64,000 nucleotides of DNA from Paraspadella gotoi (lineage: Eukaryota; Animalia; Chaetognatha). The stretch lies in the NCBI GenBank assembly GCA_051294375.1, contig CM119267.1, positions 14,563,694 to 14,627,693 on the forward strand, in the 5' to 3' direction. The translations under genes and the position numbers were made by a program. The notes beneath the pieces were generated by a model. That model was not told the origin of the DNA, ran no database searches, and worked only from the letters and a program-made list of their open reading frames with translations. Each line of letters starts with the position of its first letter. The first letter of the stretch is position 1. Below, one piece after another: positions 13,941-26,095 of the stretch.

Positions 13941-14874
13941 TTTTATCTCGCCAGACGGGTGAAAGCCTGACTTGGGCGAGTTGTTAATTCGTTTCTGCTT
14001 TTTTTGACCGTAGTTGTTGTCACGCTGTTTTACCATAAGAAATAACTCAAGTGTGTAAGGAAGCTAAAAATTTAGATAGGGCTTCTCATCATTGAGGTTT
14101 TTTAAATTGTTATAAACAAATGAGTGTAAGAATATGAAACATGTTTTATCAATAAAATAATTTTTATATATATAGACAAGTTCAGTTCTCCAGCGGCTGT
14201 CCAGTTTCTTTCTATTTCTCTCTTTTTATCGTCGCAATCGCTAAGCGTTTGCGACGATATTGTAACTCTTTTGCGCTCAAGTGTCGTCGTCGTCGTTGTT
14301 ATCGGCGTTCCAAATTATAGATCGCTATTTTTATGATTAAATTTGAATGTATGAAGCTGAAAATTTATATACAGCTTCGCATCATCGATATGCTTAAAAA
14401 TTTTTTTATAATTTTTAATTATATCGTTCTCTCTCGTTATTTTTTTTCATCACAGCTTCTTTTGATTCGAGTTCTTTTTGCAGCGGCTGTCCAGCTTTTA
14501 TCTTTTTCTCTTTCTCTTTTTTTTTCTCTTACTCATATACGCATTTGTTTTTTTTTTTATTTACGATGAATGATTATCATCGCATCAATGAATGAATATC
14601 ATCGGATCAATAAATGACTATCATCGGATCTATCATTTGGTTATCATCGCATCAATATTTGGTTATCATTGCATCAATCATTTGGTTATTAATTATTATA
14701 TTAATTATTATTATATCAATTAATTATTATTAATCAATTACTATTATATTAATCTATCAATTACTATTAATAAATTATTATTACATCAATCAATTACTAT
14801 TACATCAATCAATCAATCTTTTTTTTCGGATTTTTTCATTTTCTTTGATAGTAACGTCTGGCGAGATCACTATA
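13941..14874 (+). mobile_element. HINE family 1 copy with a nested 5' part of HINE family 2 (from ~14223)
   Basis: Same termini as 2161-2594; nested segment matches 33078-33230. Confidence 0.55.
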
Positions 14875-14876
14875 CT

Positions 14877-15230
14877 ATAAAATTGGTACAACCAATATAA
14901 AAATTATCCATTCATTTAATAAATAAGCTATCTTGCCCCTGACTTTGGACAGGCTTTGGTGTTTTAAGGCCTCCATCACTCTTACAAGATAATGATATAG
15001 CAGGTCCCTGCAAGCTTTCAAACAAGACTCTCTCCCAGTCCCGTTTATTCACTCCCAGAGTACCTGGCTTCCCTATCAATGAAGTGGAAAATATTTCAAA
15101 GAATGTTTCAATTGTATGAAAAGACCACTCCCTTAAGTATTAGATCGGGGAATACTTATTGTACTCCGCACTAGCATCAAAATACAAAGCGCTGAATTTT
15201 ATGAAATTCGTACAACCAATATAAAAATTA
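14877..15230 (-). mobile_element. ~323-bp twister-containing repeat (family D), about 1.1 units
   Basis: Reverse complement of the 44582-45020 unit. Confidence 0.8.
14929..14991 (-). ncRNA. Type-P5 twister ribozyme (family D)
   Basis: Minus strand reads TATCTTGT aa GAGT GA TGG AGGCCT TAA AAC AC caaag CCTG TCCAAAGT CAGG g GCAAGATA. Confidence 0.7.
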
Positions 15231-16069
15231 TATAAGATTTTTAAATGCACATCTTTAAGACAATAGTAATTATGAGCTATGAATCATGAAAATTGTTGAG
15301 GTGATCAAACGTATTAAAATCCAAAAACACGTCGAAACCATATTAATTTTATAGGTTTAACAAGTTTTAATAATATTCACCAAAAGCATGTCCCAGGGAA
15401 AATATTTTAGAAAACCTGCTGAAAACTGAGCAAAAATGATTCTGCATTAAAATTCGAAAAGGATTTCTCGAATCCTATATTTTTTTTAATTTTTAGTTTT
15501 TAGTAAAGCGATTTTATTTGACTTAGACCTGAAAGTGTTTAAGTAATTTATTTCGTTCATTCCGGGCACAGAATTTACTAGGTTGCTTGATCACGTATTT
15601 GTCGTTTGCACGAATTCGTCGCTGTTCTCCGTTAACTTAATTGAAACTTATTTTTTATTCGCACTTCGAGATGGTGCTTTAGGACCATGTGATAATTTTG
15701 TCTTCGGAGCGACAGTCCGTGCACTTAAATTATAATAACCATAATCATTAATTAAGAGAGAACGTGTTGAGCGATTTTTAAAAAATATTATAATTTAGTT
15801 AATTAAAATTAAAATTCCGCTTCTTTCGATATCCCAAATACTCTCACAATTCAATTCTGATTAGTGGACAGAACATGATATGATTACTTCATACTTCTCA
15901 TAAAATAGATCGATTTTTAAGTCTGGTTTAACTTTTATCCCAATTATTAATTCAGAAAATTAAGTTTTATTTTTAAACGTCCGAATAGTATAATAAGACA
16001 TTACTGAAGTAGCTCGCCATTCATATCCACGAAAACTGGGAATTGGTAAAAAAATTATATATCCTGAAC

Positions 16070-16701
16070 AGTAGGGTGGAGTGATGAAAAGATTGAGTGA
16101 TTGAACATTATTTTTTTGCTGCCTATGGACATATATATTAATGAATTTTAAATCCTTTTAAAATTTTTTTTAGCATAACAGTATAGCAAATTCAATTATT
16201 TATGTAGTAATATCCTTATAAAATCGTTAAATTTCAAAATAATTTTTTTTTTATTTTTAAGAACTGATTTGGATTCGCTGTAAAAAACTAAGAAACTTTT
16301 ATAAAATATGTTATAAGATATTTTAATGTATAGATCACAAAAAATGACTAAAACGTTTTAACATATATAAGTTTCTACTACAGAGAATAAAAAAGTCAGG
16401 AATTTCACCTTTTTTTTTATTTAAACATTGAAGATGACAGAATTTTTGATAACATGTTTTATATTTTTGATTCAACTTTTTATAAAGAATCTTAATCTTT
16501 ATTAAAAGTTTTATAAAAATTATTTTTTAAATTTACTATTTTATAAGGATATTACTACAATATATTATATTTTACTATTCTGTTCCCGACATAATATGAA
16601 CAAAATATTTTTTGTACTAGTCAATCATACTATCTCACATCTAAATATCATTGTTCGATCATTCAAATAAATTTTTTGTTCTTGAGTGCTCCACTCTACT
16701 G
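16070..16701. mobile_element. MITE; inverted copy at ~60913-61526
   Basis: Terminal inverted repeats CAGTAGGGTGGAG / CTCCACTCTACTG, internal foldback structure. Confidence 0.75.
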
Positions 16702-16736
16702 AACAGGTTAATGATTTTTGTAACTAACAATTCCAA

Positions 16737-16941
16737 ATTACTGGCTGTTATGGTTTTCGGTATCAATTTTGTACGGCGCCTCTTTTTCATATAAAAAATT
16801 TCACCCTTTACAGCTTTTTAGAAAGTGGAGACATTGGCACTCAATTGTTCTAACAATGCCAATAACCTATTACTGTAATATTTGGAAACGTTTCTCGTTG
16901 ATCTCAGCAAAACTGATACCGAAAACAAACAGCCAGTAATG
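16737..16941. mobile_element. Short MITE
   Basis: Inverted termini ATTACTGGCTGTT..GTTTTCGGTATCA / TGATACCGAAAAC..AACAGCCAGTAAT. Confidence 0.65.
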
Positions 16942-17499
16942 TAAAGAGAATAATGGCCAATAGTAGTTTAATCAATAAGTAAAATTCCGGTTTTGATGGA
17001 TATCTGGGTATTAAAAAAAAACAGTCGTAATTGCCCGGTGCTTTAAAATCCTGCCTCTTCAGCCATCACTTTTGATAACTTTTTAGAAAACTAGTACATA
17101 TAATTTCTTCCCTCTTATTTATTTTTATGAATTTACCACGGATCAGGGATGTTTTTCTGCACGTGATAGATTATGAAAAGCAATGTATGTACATTGGCGG
17201 AAAATGTTTCTAGTCCTTTGTATTTCCTATGTAATAGATACATATAGGATTTTTCGATACCATAAACTTACTTTTTTCCATGATCTCATTTTAATCCTAC
17301 ATTTTAACGTTTTGTTTTTTTTATACACCTTTTGATTACTTAGTAATTTATTTATTAGTACTACCATGCATAAATTTCACTGAATGAATTTGTAGTTTTA
17401 TTTATATTTATTCCTTGTAACGAATGTTTTAGCTCACATCTGACCTGTGCCTCTTTGTCGATGTTTTTTTTTTCAGCGACTCTATTCTGTGACCGAACT

Positions 17500-18274
17500 A
17501 TGTTTTTGGTCGGATTGACTGGTGGAATTTCTACTGGGAAGTCGACTGTGGCCCGTTTTTTTTCAGATGCGGGTGTTATCGTCATCGATGCTGACGATAT
17601 CGCGCGGCAAATTGTAAACCCGGGATGCAACGTCTGGCATCGGATTCGGGATGAATTTGGCGATGATATTCTCGACGATGACGGGCTCATTGATAGGGAG
17701 AGGTTGGGGCAGGTTCGCAAGCTTGCGACATTTTTTCAGTCGTTGTCAAGCGGTATTCGAACCGAGTACTAATTAAAAAAAAACCGCCACGCAGATCATC
17801 TTTCACTCTGCCGAAAGAAGGCGAGCCCTGAATAGGATCACCCACCCCGAGATCCGAAAACAAATCGCCTGGCAAATATTCGTCTCATTTCTCGCTTTTC
17901 GCCAATTCGTGGTGGTGGACCTCCCACTGCTCTTCGAAGCAGGGACTTTTGTCTCCTTATTCCATACTATTGTGGTTGTCGCCTGTCGTGAAGACATACA
18001 ACTCGACCGATTGATGGAGCGCGATGGTTTGTCCTTCGAAGAGGCCCGTGCGCGGCTTGGTGCCCAAATGCCGTTGACGGAAAAGGTGGCGAGGGCTGAT
18101 GAAGTCGTTTGTAATGATGGAGACTTAGAAGAGACGAGGGAGCAAGTCGAGAGAATTCTGCAACTTCTTCGAAGTTCGTGGGCGCATTGGAAAATACGTT
18201 TGGTTTTATTTTCGACTCTAACGTCGATAATTGCCATTTTTGTCGGCCTGTTTGCGAAACTTTCCTTTGGCTAA
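17500..18274 (+). CDS. DCAKD: Dephospho-CoA kinase domain protein (2 exons)
   Basis: MFLVGLTGGISTGKSTV P-loop, IDAD, ITHPEI, VVDLPLLFE, C-terminal TM segment. Confidence 0.92.
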
Positions 18275-18370
18275 AATGAATAACGTGATTTATGCGCGAA
18301 AAAAGTTGTGTTACAGATAATATCTATGTTTAGAATTTTATTTTAATTTTGTTGCAGTTACGACTTCATA

Positions 18371-19438
18371 ATGCTGCGTTCGTTTTCTAATTTTCATAAT
18401 CGAGGATTCCCTTTATTTAAATTGTCTTTAGATAAAGGTGTGTCTGTCATTAAAATGGCCGCTTCCTCTTGCTCAAATATAAACATTAATGTTCCTACTC
18501 CCTGGGGTCATCTTTCCACAAAATGTTGGAACATGCCGCAAGAACAAAAAGACCTTGCATCTAAACACCCAGTCGTGTGTTTGCATGGATGGCAAGACAA
18601 TGCAAATACTTGGGATCACTTAATTCCACTCTTGGACAAGAAGCGACCTTTCATCTGCATAGATTTTGCTGGACATGGCTTATCTTCTAATCGTCCTCTA
18701 GGCGCTAGCTATGATGGAGTCATGTATATGGCAGACTTGAAACGTGTCTTGGATTATTTCAGTTTGGAATCCAGAATCACCATAATGGGTCATTCACTTG
18801 GAGGAAATATTTCGTTGCTGTTTTCTGCCACTTTTCCCGAATCAGTTGATAAGTGCATTACGTTGGATGCACCCGCTCCTTTTCCGCGAGATGCCGCAAA
18901 AGCTCCTAAACAACTTGCTTCAGCTATTTTGAAAAACCTTGAATTCGAAAAAAAGGTTCAAATGCCTCCGGCTTACACCTATGATGAAGCCTTGCAACGG
19001 TTTATGACAGGGAGGCAGGAAATGTTAAATGTTGATTCTGCAAAAACCTTGCTTGAAAGAGGCCTACTTAAAATTGAGGGGAATAAGGATGGTCAACCTC
19101 TCTACACATTTGCTAGAGATTTCAGAGTTACTTTACCATCTTTTTTGAGCCTAACCACTGAGCAGTGTTCTGCTTTTGTGGAAAGAGTAGCGTGTGATGT
19201 ACTGTTAATACAATTCAAGGACAACTATTATACTTCTCTTGAAGCTGCCAATGGGAATGAAGAATGGTTTAAAAAAATGGAGCGGCTGAAGGAAATGGTA
19301 TACGCCGTTTACAAAGCAAATTGTAAATCCTTTGATCGTTTCGATGTTGCTGGTCAACATCATACTCACATGGACCATCCAGAAAGAATAAGCGAGTTCT
19401 TAAATCAATATTTGCTAAATAACGAAAGTAAACTCTAA
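18371..19438 (+). CDS. SERHL: Serine hydrolase-like alpha/beta hydrolase
   Basis: CLHGWQDNANTWD, DFAGHGLS, nucleophile GHSLG, GQHHTH; C-terminal SKL (PTS1). Confidence 0.85.
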   Translation: MLRSFSNFHNRGFPLFKLSLDKGVSVIKMAASSCSNININVPTPWGHLSTKCWNMPQEQKDLASKHPVVCLHGWQDNANTWDHLIPLLDKKRPFICIDFAGHGLSSNRPLGASYDGVMYMADLKRVLDYFSLESRITIMGHSLGGNISLLFSATFPESVDKCITLDAPAPFPRDAAKAPKQLASAILKNLEFEKKVQMPPAYTYDEALQRFMTGRQEMLNVDSAKTLLERGLLKIEGNKDGQPLYTFARDFRVTLPSFLSLTTEQCSAFVERVACDVLLIQFKDNYYTSLEAANGNEEWFKKMERLKEMVYAVYKANCKSFDRFDVAGQHHTHMDHPERISEFLNQYLLNNESKL

Positions 19439-19519
19439 ATTATTATGATTTTTAAACATTTTTAAGTGTTGAAATGAAGTTTTCGGTTTTATTGGTTTCT
19501 AGTTTGAGGTTATTTAAAA

Positions 19520-20127
19520 ATGACTATTTACGCTATGTACATTTTTGATCGCGGTGGCTCTTGCATCTATTACAAAGAGTGGACGCGGATCAAAGAAAGT
19601 GGTTTACCACGTGACGAGGAGTTCAAATTGATGTATGGAATGATATTCTCCATTAAATCTTTCGTACAGAGAATGTCTCCCACCGATATGAAAGATGGAT
19701 TTTTAAATTTTAAAACTTCGAAGGTAAAAATGTTTTGAAAGTAGGCTAAATAATTTATTATTTTTTTACCCTCACTCTTTATAGTACAAACTGCATTTGT
19801 TTGAAACTGCCTCTGGCCTGAAGTTTGTGTTACTGACTGACCTTAATGTTGGGAACTTAAAGGATCAGCTGCAAAACGTTTACAGGTAAGGAAGAGAACA
19901 AGTAAAAAATAATATAGAAACTTTGTAAATTTTACTTTTGTTTCAGCTCGATCTATGTGGAATTCGTGGTTAAAAATCCTTTGCAATGCGAGAGAATCCC
20001 CCCGGTGAAACCTTTGCCTAAAAAGAAGGGACAGTCGACACCGGCCCTAGAATCCAGCGCAATTGACAGCGAACTCTTTGATTTCAAACTTGATGAATAT
20101 ATGCGGTCGTTGCCCTTTTTCGTTTGA
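19520..20127 (+). CDS. TRAPPC1: TRAPP complex subunit 1 / Bet5 (3 exons)
   Basis: [61 protein letters not shown]. Confidence 0.92.
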
Positions 20128-20227
20128 TCAATATTTTCATCCATTTCTTTAAGTTGTTTTTTTAGTTAAATGTGTTCGTAAGCACATATAAGAATGCCCT
20201 CGTGGCATAGGTTTTCCCACCCTCACA

Positions 20228-23200
20228 ATGCATCCCCTTATAATGGGAGCGGCAGCCATTAGCATGGTATGCGCCCCTTTCTTGATTCACTGGATCAGGC
20301 GAGCATATTTTATTCGAAATATTTTATTATCCGTGCGTATTATTTATCTTAATTTATAAATTTGGACTTTCAGGTCGAGCCGGTTGAAGAATCGGCTTGT
20401 CACTTTCAAGTACGATTGGGTTCGAACGCCTTCATACTCTTGGTTGTCGGCTCCTGAAGCTGTCGCCCAAGCCAATGTCGGTAGCCATGGTAATTCATTT
20501 TTTGTTGTCATGAATGTCATTGAACATGAGCAAATATCTTTGAAACCCTTCGCACTTTCGTTTCTCGAGGGATTCGCGGGACGACGGGGATCCGTCCTTC
20601 TCGCTATTTCGGTTGGCTCGAAAGTCTTTCGCCAAAATTCCCAATTCAAGGGAATCGGGTCAAGATCCTTACGGAACCTCAGGATTTCTACGACTCGCTC
20701 AAACGTCTTAGCTCAAAGTCCTCTCAGCGTATCGTCTTGGCCTCATTATACCTCGGTAATCTGACCATGCTTGCAAGGAATTTTGAGCTCTGCCAATTTT
20801 TATAAGGCTCTTCTTTGTTCTCAAGGAACTGATTCTTTGGAACAAGAACTGATCAACGTCATTGGCGAAAGAATTAAAAATGAATCTCTGAAAGGGAACT
20901 GTCGGCTTCAGGTAATTTTTCCGATTCGTTTTATCGAATACAGAAGGCTTCATATTATAAAATGTGGTACTATGGCAACAGCCGGGTTGCCTGTGATGCC
21001 CATTGGGATGGGGCATCTCACTGTTGGCTTTGGGGGCTTCCGACCCTCAGTGACGCCTCCAGTCACTGGCGCGGTTACCCTAGGACGGTCTCGCTTTGCC
21101 AACGCAGAGGGAAGTCATCAGGACTGTGGATGGAACACTACGCCTGGGATGGTGTGTTCCCCCTCTGAGCCAATGGATTTGGCTGAAGGATGGTGGACGT
21201 GAGGCAGTGTGAATATACTGGCACAGGATCCCCGGGCCAAGACATCACTCAGGTTCCTCAAACCTGAGAGGTGTCTGACAAGACTGTTACCATAGTGGGA
21301 GAGAGAGCGCGAGTTGTGGGGGCATAGGCGTTTGTTGTAGCGTACCCCAGGGGCATAGGCGTTTGTCGTAGCGTACCCGAAGTCAGCAGGGCATAGGTGT
21401 TTGTCGTAGCGTACCCTGAGAAGGTTGCGTGTTCGATAGTAGGTCTCACCACTTATGGCAACAGCCGGGTTGCCTGTGATGCCCATTGGGATGGGGCATC
21501 TCACTGTTGGCTTTGGGGGCTTCCAACCCTCAGTGACGCCTCCAGTCACTGGCGCGGTTACCCTAGGACGGTCTCGCTTTGCCAACGCAGAGGGAAGTCA
21601 TCAGGACTGTGGATGGAACACTACGCCTGGGATGGTGTGTTCCCCCTCTGAGTCAATGGATTTGGCTGAAGGATGGTGGACGTGAGGCAGTGTGAATATA
21701 CCGCCACAGTACCCCTTTTCTGTTCCCATCAAACTACCCGATCGAATTTAATGAAATTTTATATTTAGTGCTAATGACTATATAAATAGAACTATCTAGG
21801 CAAATTTTGATATTCAACCCCTGACAAGAGATACAGGGCCCTGGGGGTGGACCCCTGGGGGGCCAAAAAATGCTAAAATTTTTGTTTCATTTTTCAAAAT
21901 TTTTTAGTAGCGTTTTAAACACAAGAAAAAAATATTTTAGAACTAAAATTGATAAATTTGCAATAATTAAGCATGGTTGAAGATGCATGGTTCATCGTTC
22001 TACTTCCAATTTTCCCAAATTATTCCAAATCTGACTTTTACTGCTGATGTTCATGAAGCTAAAAATTAAGGTAATGTGGCGGTATATTCACACCGCCTCA
22101 CGTCCACCATCCATCAGCCAAATCCATTGGCTCAGAGGGGGAACACACCATCCCAGGCGTAGTGTTCCATCCACAGTCCTAACGACTTCCCTCTGCGTTG
22201 GCAAAGCGAGACCGTCCTAGGGTAACCGCGCCAGTGACTGGAGGCGTCACTGAGGGTCGGAAGCCCCCAAAGCCAACAGTGAGATGCCCCATCCCAATGG
22301 GCATCACAGGCAACCCGGCTGTTGCCATAGTAAATGAATATTTTTGAGGTAATAAATACGTTTTTGTGGAAGAGTAAAAACGTCTGTGCAACTGTTCTAA
22401 ACAAAAATAATAAAATTTTTTTTTTAAATTTTTGACAATTTTTTGCCCCTATGGGTCCCGGGTCAAATATTGAAATTCGCCTCGATAGTTCTATTTGTAT
22501 TCACATAGGGATCGTTCATTCCAAATTTCAATAAATTTGGTCCAGTAGTTTTCTCGGAACGAGTTCTGGTCACAAAAAAAGGGTACCTCATTTTATAATA
22601 TGAAGCCTTCTGTAATGGTTGGAACGTTTCTTGCAAATTATTTTCGTATTTCGTACGTAGGTTAGCTTCCTTTTGGACATCAGCCGAGGATCTCGCGGAT
22701 CTCGCTCGAGTCGAACGATTCTCCTACCTCTGGTCAAAGAATACCCCGATCGAGTCAAGGTTTGCTCGCGGTTGCCTTTGACGCCTAATTGTCAGATTTG
22801 TCGCGGAGTTTTTTTTAATTAGTTTTTTCATGATGCGGCGCTTCTAGGCTTTCCTCTTTAATTCGCCCGATTTGCGGGGATTGTCGAAAATGGTGCTGCC
22901 CGAGCGAGTCAACGAGGTCATCGGTTTGCAACACATGAAAATCTACATCTTCGACGATTCGTTCATCATTTCAGGTTTTAGTGATCGATTTTTTTTTTAA
23001 TTTTCGCCTTACAATCACCGGATTCTTTCAGGAGCTAATTTGAGTCACTCTTACTTCACTAATCGTCAAGACCGGTACATCCTCTTCGAAGATTGCAAAG
23101 AGTTGACCGACTTTTTTGCCTCGCTCGTTGACGTGGTCTCTTCCTTCTCCTTCGGGCTGAAGGCAAGAGATTGAATTTGAGTTTTCTCAATTCTATCATG

Positions 23201-25205
23201 TCGCTCCTCTCCACCACACTCTTTTGTTCCAGATGTCGTGTGTCCACAAGCTGCTCCTCCTCCTACTTCTCTCCTCCTCTTCCTCCTCTCAGCTCCTCTC
23301 AGCTCCATCTCTCTTTGTTTCACGACCACGTGTTCACTGATTCTTTGTGAAAGTTGTTTTTTGAGATGCCCGGTCTTGGCTTTGCGTTCTATGGCCTCTC
23401 TTCTCTTTCCCAGCGCCGCCTCATGGACCTTGTCTCTCCAGCATTTTGCTGCCCTGATCAAGTCAGTCTTTAGAGATGCGGTCATTGATGCTGCTCCTGG
23501 ATCTACTCGCGCTATGGCAGTTTTGGAGGTTTTTGCCAAAGGAGTGGACTTAGATGTCATCCATCGAGCTGGAGATTGGTCAGGAACTCGGACCTTCTTC
23601 CGCTTTTATTGTTGGCTGGGGGCTACTCTCAGCAGGGTCTTGTGGAGGAGTGATTCTCTCTTCCGATGCATCCTGAGAGATGGAGCTGAGAGGAGGGAGA
23701 AGAGAAGCAGGAGGAGGAGCAGTCTGCTACTGCTTTTCTCATGTCTTGTGGACACACGACATCTGGAACAAAAGAGCATCTGCGTGGTGGAGAGGAGCCA
23801 TGAAGAATCCCGGTTCCATTTGGAACCATAAATTCTCAAAAGAAACTGTTTAATTAACACAGGTGGACGGTTCCCTTGCCTTCAGTCCTAACTTTCCACA
23901 TCACCCTTTAGAGGGTTATGATGGCGGCGATCGTTTCCGCGAGGCAGCACGCTCCGCCGTCGAGGAGCTCCTTCATTCTCAGGTCGTCGCCGCGCCTAAT
24001 TCGCGAGGCACTGCATCTACCCTTGACGTCGGTACCGATGCGCAGGCACCCGTCCATATTCGCGATTCTCCGTTGCTTCGAGCGTCGCGAGGTTTTAAGG
24101 ATCGTTACCCGAGATACTCGACGGATTTTTGTGACGGCGATCTCAGCTCGATCTCAGTTTCCGGTAGTGTTTTTATGATATTTCTTTACCGTATTTAAAA
24201 AATGGGAATTGAAAACCTGTGAATATCTTTCTTTTACTTTGTTGTTCCGGAAATTTTTAGATTCATCCACTGATCGATTTCGTTCATCGAGACCCGAAGA
24301 TGCAAAAAGGCTGAATGACGAGAAATGCGACACTTGGATATTTCCTTTGGTTGGTTCTTTTCAATCTCTTTCAATAGATTACATAATAAGTACTATTTAG
24401 TAGTTCCGTTTTACTATTTCAAGGTCCAAATGGGACCGATTGGCGTTGAAGTGGATTCTTCAGCGACCCAAGCATTGCTTGAATCCGCGCCGGCTGGTGC
24501 GGCCGTTCACTTAGCTTCCGGTTACTTTAATTTGACCCGTAATTACATGGATGTCATCTTGAACAAATCCAGGGCGGATTTCGAAATTTTAATGGCTTCA
24601 CCAAAAGTCAACGGATTTTATGGTAACGTTTTTTATTTGATTGCATTGTTTGTAAAGATTTTTTATGAAAATACGAACAAAATAGGAGCCAAAGATGTAT
24701 CTGGGAATATTCCCTCGGTCTACTCTCAAATAGCCAAGCAATTTTACTCGCAAATCTCTACTAATGACCTCAACTCTCGCATTAGGATCAAAGAATTTTA
24801 TCGAAAAGACTGGACTTTTCATGGCAAAGGACTTTGGTATTATTTACCAGGTTTGCACAATAGTTATTGTGACCCAAAATATGTCGTTTTGTCCGGAAGA
24901 AACTTTCGTGAAATCGTTCAATCGTTAATCGTCATCCTTAATAATTTATTTATTTAGGCGAAGCTCTTCCTTCGTTGACTTTGATCGGGTCTCCTAACTT
25001 CGGCGCACGTTCGGTCAGTCGTGACTTAGAAGCGCAAGTCGCCATCGTGACGGAAAACGAGACGCTCCGGACCGAATTGCATCGGGAACAGTGTAACTTG
25101 TATAAGCGTAGCAGCGTCGTTGATTCCGCCACGTTCGAGAAACCCGAGCACGCCGTTCCTCTTTGGGTCGCATTCGTCACAAATTTAATAAAGGATTACT
25201 TTTAA
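20228..25205 (+). CDS. PGS1: Mitochondrial phosphatidylglycerophosphate synthase (multi-exon; start inferred)
   Basis: Spliced motifs IVLASLYLG, GLQHMKIYIFDD..SGANLSHSYFTNRQDRY, WTFHGKGLW, IGSPNFGARSVSRDLEAQ (PLD-type HKD-like motifs). Confidence 0.9.
21023..21103 (-). ncRNA. Type-P5 twister ribozyme (family A, 3' LTR)
   Basis: GTTGGC aaa GCGA GA CCG TCCTAGGG TAA CCGC GC CAGTGAC..GTCACTG AGGG TCGGAAGC CCCC aaa GCCAAC. Confidence 0.8.
21506..21586 (-). ncRNA. Type-P5 twister ribozyme (family A, 5' LTR)
   Basis: Same fold; L4 is TTGGAAGC, so T1 keeps a U-G wobble. Confidence 0.75.
22075..22329 (+). mobile_element. Solo LTR, family A
   Basis: 255-bp copy with GTAA TSD; the empty site TAAGGTAAAC is visible in the MITE copy at ~60321. 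Confidence 0.88.
22197..22277 (+). ncRNA. Type-P5 twister ribozyme (family A solo LTR), sense to PGS1
   Basis: Intact P5, P3, P4, T1 and T2 pairings; predicted U/A cleavage at 22223/22224. Confidence 0.8.
23196..23803. mobile_element. DIRS-derived non-autonomous element with inverted repeats and a tyrosine recombinase remnant
   Basis: Inverted repeats ~23196-23314 and ~23675-23803; internal frame PGSTRAMAVLEVFAKGVDLDVIHRAGDWSGTRTFFRFY resembles the DIRS1 recombinase C-terminus. Confidence 0.7.
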
Positions 25206-25645
25206 TTCCGTCGTATTTTGTCTGGTGGTATAGTTGTTTTAAGTTTATTCGAATATTTTTCGTGTGTGAGAATTTTACGGAACACAATGCTGCGTCTCTT
25301 TACTTTATTTGAGCAATATAACTTTTATTACCATGGTGGCCTTGCGGCTTTTTGATTCATTACTCATTAGTCATTAGCCTAGGAAAAATGTAGCTATGCT
25401 GCTACCACATTTTTTGTTTCGGCTTGTTATACTTGTGAAACTAAATTTTGGCGGTCTGTTATTGATCAATGTTTGACTTGTTGTTTTTGAAGAATGTTCA
25501 GCTTTTCTGTTCACTTGGGTGCCAAATTAACCTAAAGCTATTTATTATCAGTTATTATACTACGCTTAATAAATTTCGTAAAATCTCTCTCGAAATCTCA
25601 TTTAAATTATGCTATTTTAAACTCCATAGTTTAGATTTTGTGATT

Positions 25646-25933
25646 ATGGCGCCGGGTATGAAGAAAATCAAGATGGGACCCGGGGGGTCACCCTCTTCGC
25701 CGGGCGTGTCCTCCGGTGACGTTCTCTCCTTTATAAAGTCTTGGTACGTTGACGAGTGGCGATGGCAACTTACCAAAAGCGTTGCCCTTTTTGCCTTTGG
25801 CGTGTATGTGGCCAGAGTCGTGGCAGAGAATCCGGATCTCATGACGGAACAGGTGAGGTTCGAGGCTTGTTTGTCATGATATCAAATGACCTGGGTGTCT
25901 TGATACTAAACATTTTTCTTTTTTTAGGCATGA
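25646..25933 (+). CDS. TOMM6: Mitochondrial import receptor small subunit Tom6-like (2 exons, ~70 aa)
   Basis: WRWQLTKSVALFAFGVYVARVVAENPDLM resembles animal TOMM6 (FRRNLILNLGLFAAGVWLARNL..DLM). Confidence 0.7.
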
Positions 25934-26095
25934 TAAAATTATCCAGACTTCCTGCATATTGCCTTCATGGACAAAAACGGTTACTTCTTTTCCTCATTTA
26001 TTTGTATTTTTTAAGCTCTTACTCTGTCCTCCAATAATTTGTGAGCCAAATTGACAAACGTGCCGTTAATTTTGACAGTATTTATTTTTTTAACC

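Larger units (their letters stand above)
20971..21708 (-). mobile_element. Non-coding TRIM, family A (LTRs 20971-21225 and 21454-21708), each LTR carrying a twister ribozyme
   Basis: 255-bp direct repeats TGT..CATA on the minus strand, GTAC TSD, PBS-like TGGTGAGACC just inside the 5' LTR, 228-bp internal region with ~30-bp tandem repeats. Confidence 0.88.
20941..22612. mobile_element. Tc1/mariner-type MITE hosting two nested LTR insertions
   Basis: TIR CAGAAGGCTTCATATTATAAAATG, flanked by TA; uninterrupted copy at 59916-60638. Confidence 0.85.

Noticed and set aside
14118-14160. GAAACATGTTTTATCAATAAAA resembling the 36.7-kb hammerhead tail
   Set aside because: Lacks the CUGANGA core and stem II; at most a decayed relic.
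21320-21420. Three ~30-bp direct repeats resembling a CRISPR mini-array
   Set aside because: No unique spacers of regular length, no cas genes, eukaryotic context; they are internal TRIM repeats.
20962-22404. Repeated short ORFs ([12 protein letters not shown].., [10 protein letters not shown]..) at 21, 22 and 52.7 kb
   Set aside because: They are incidental frames through the family A LTR; structure, not coding, explains the conservation.
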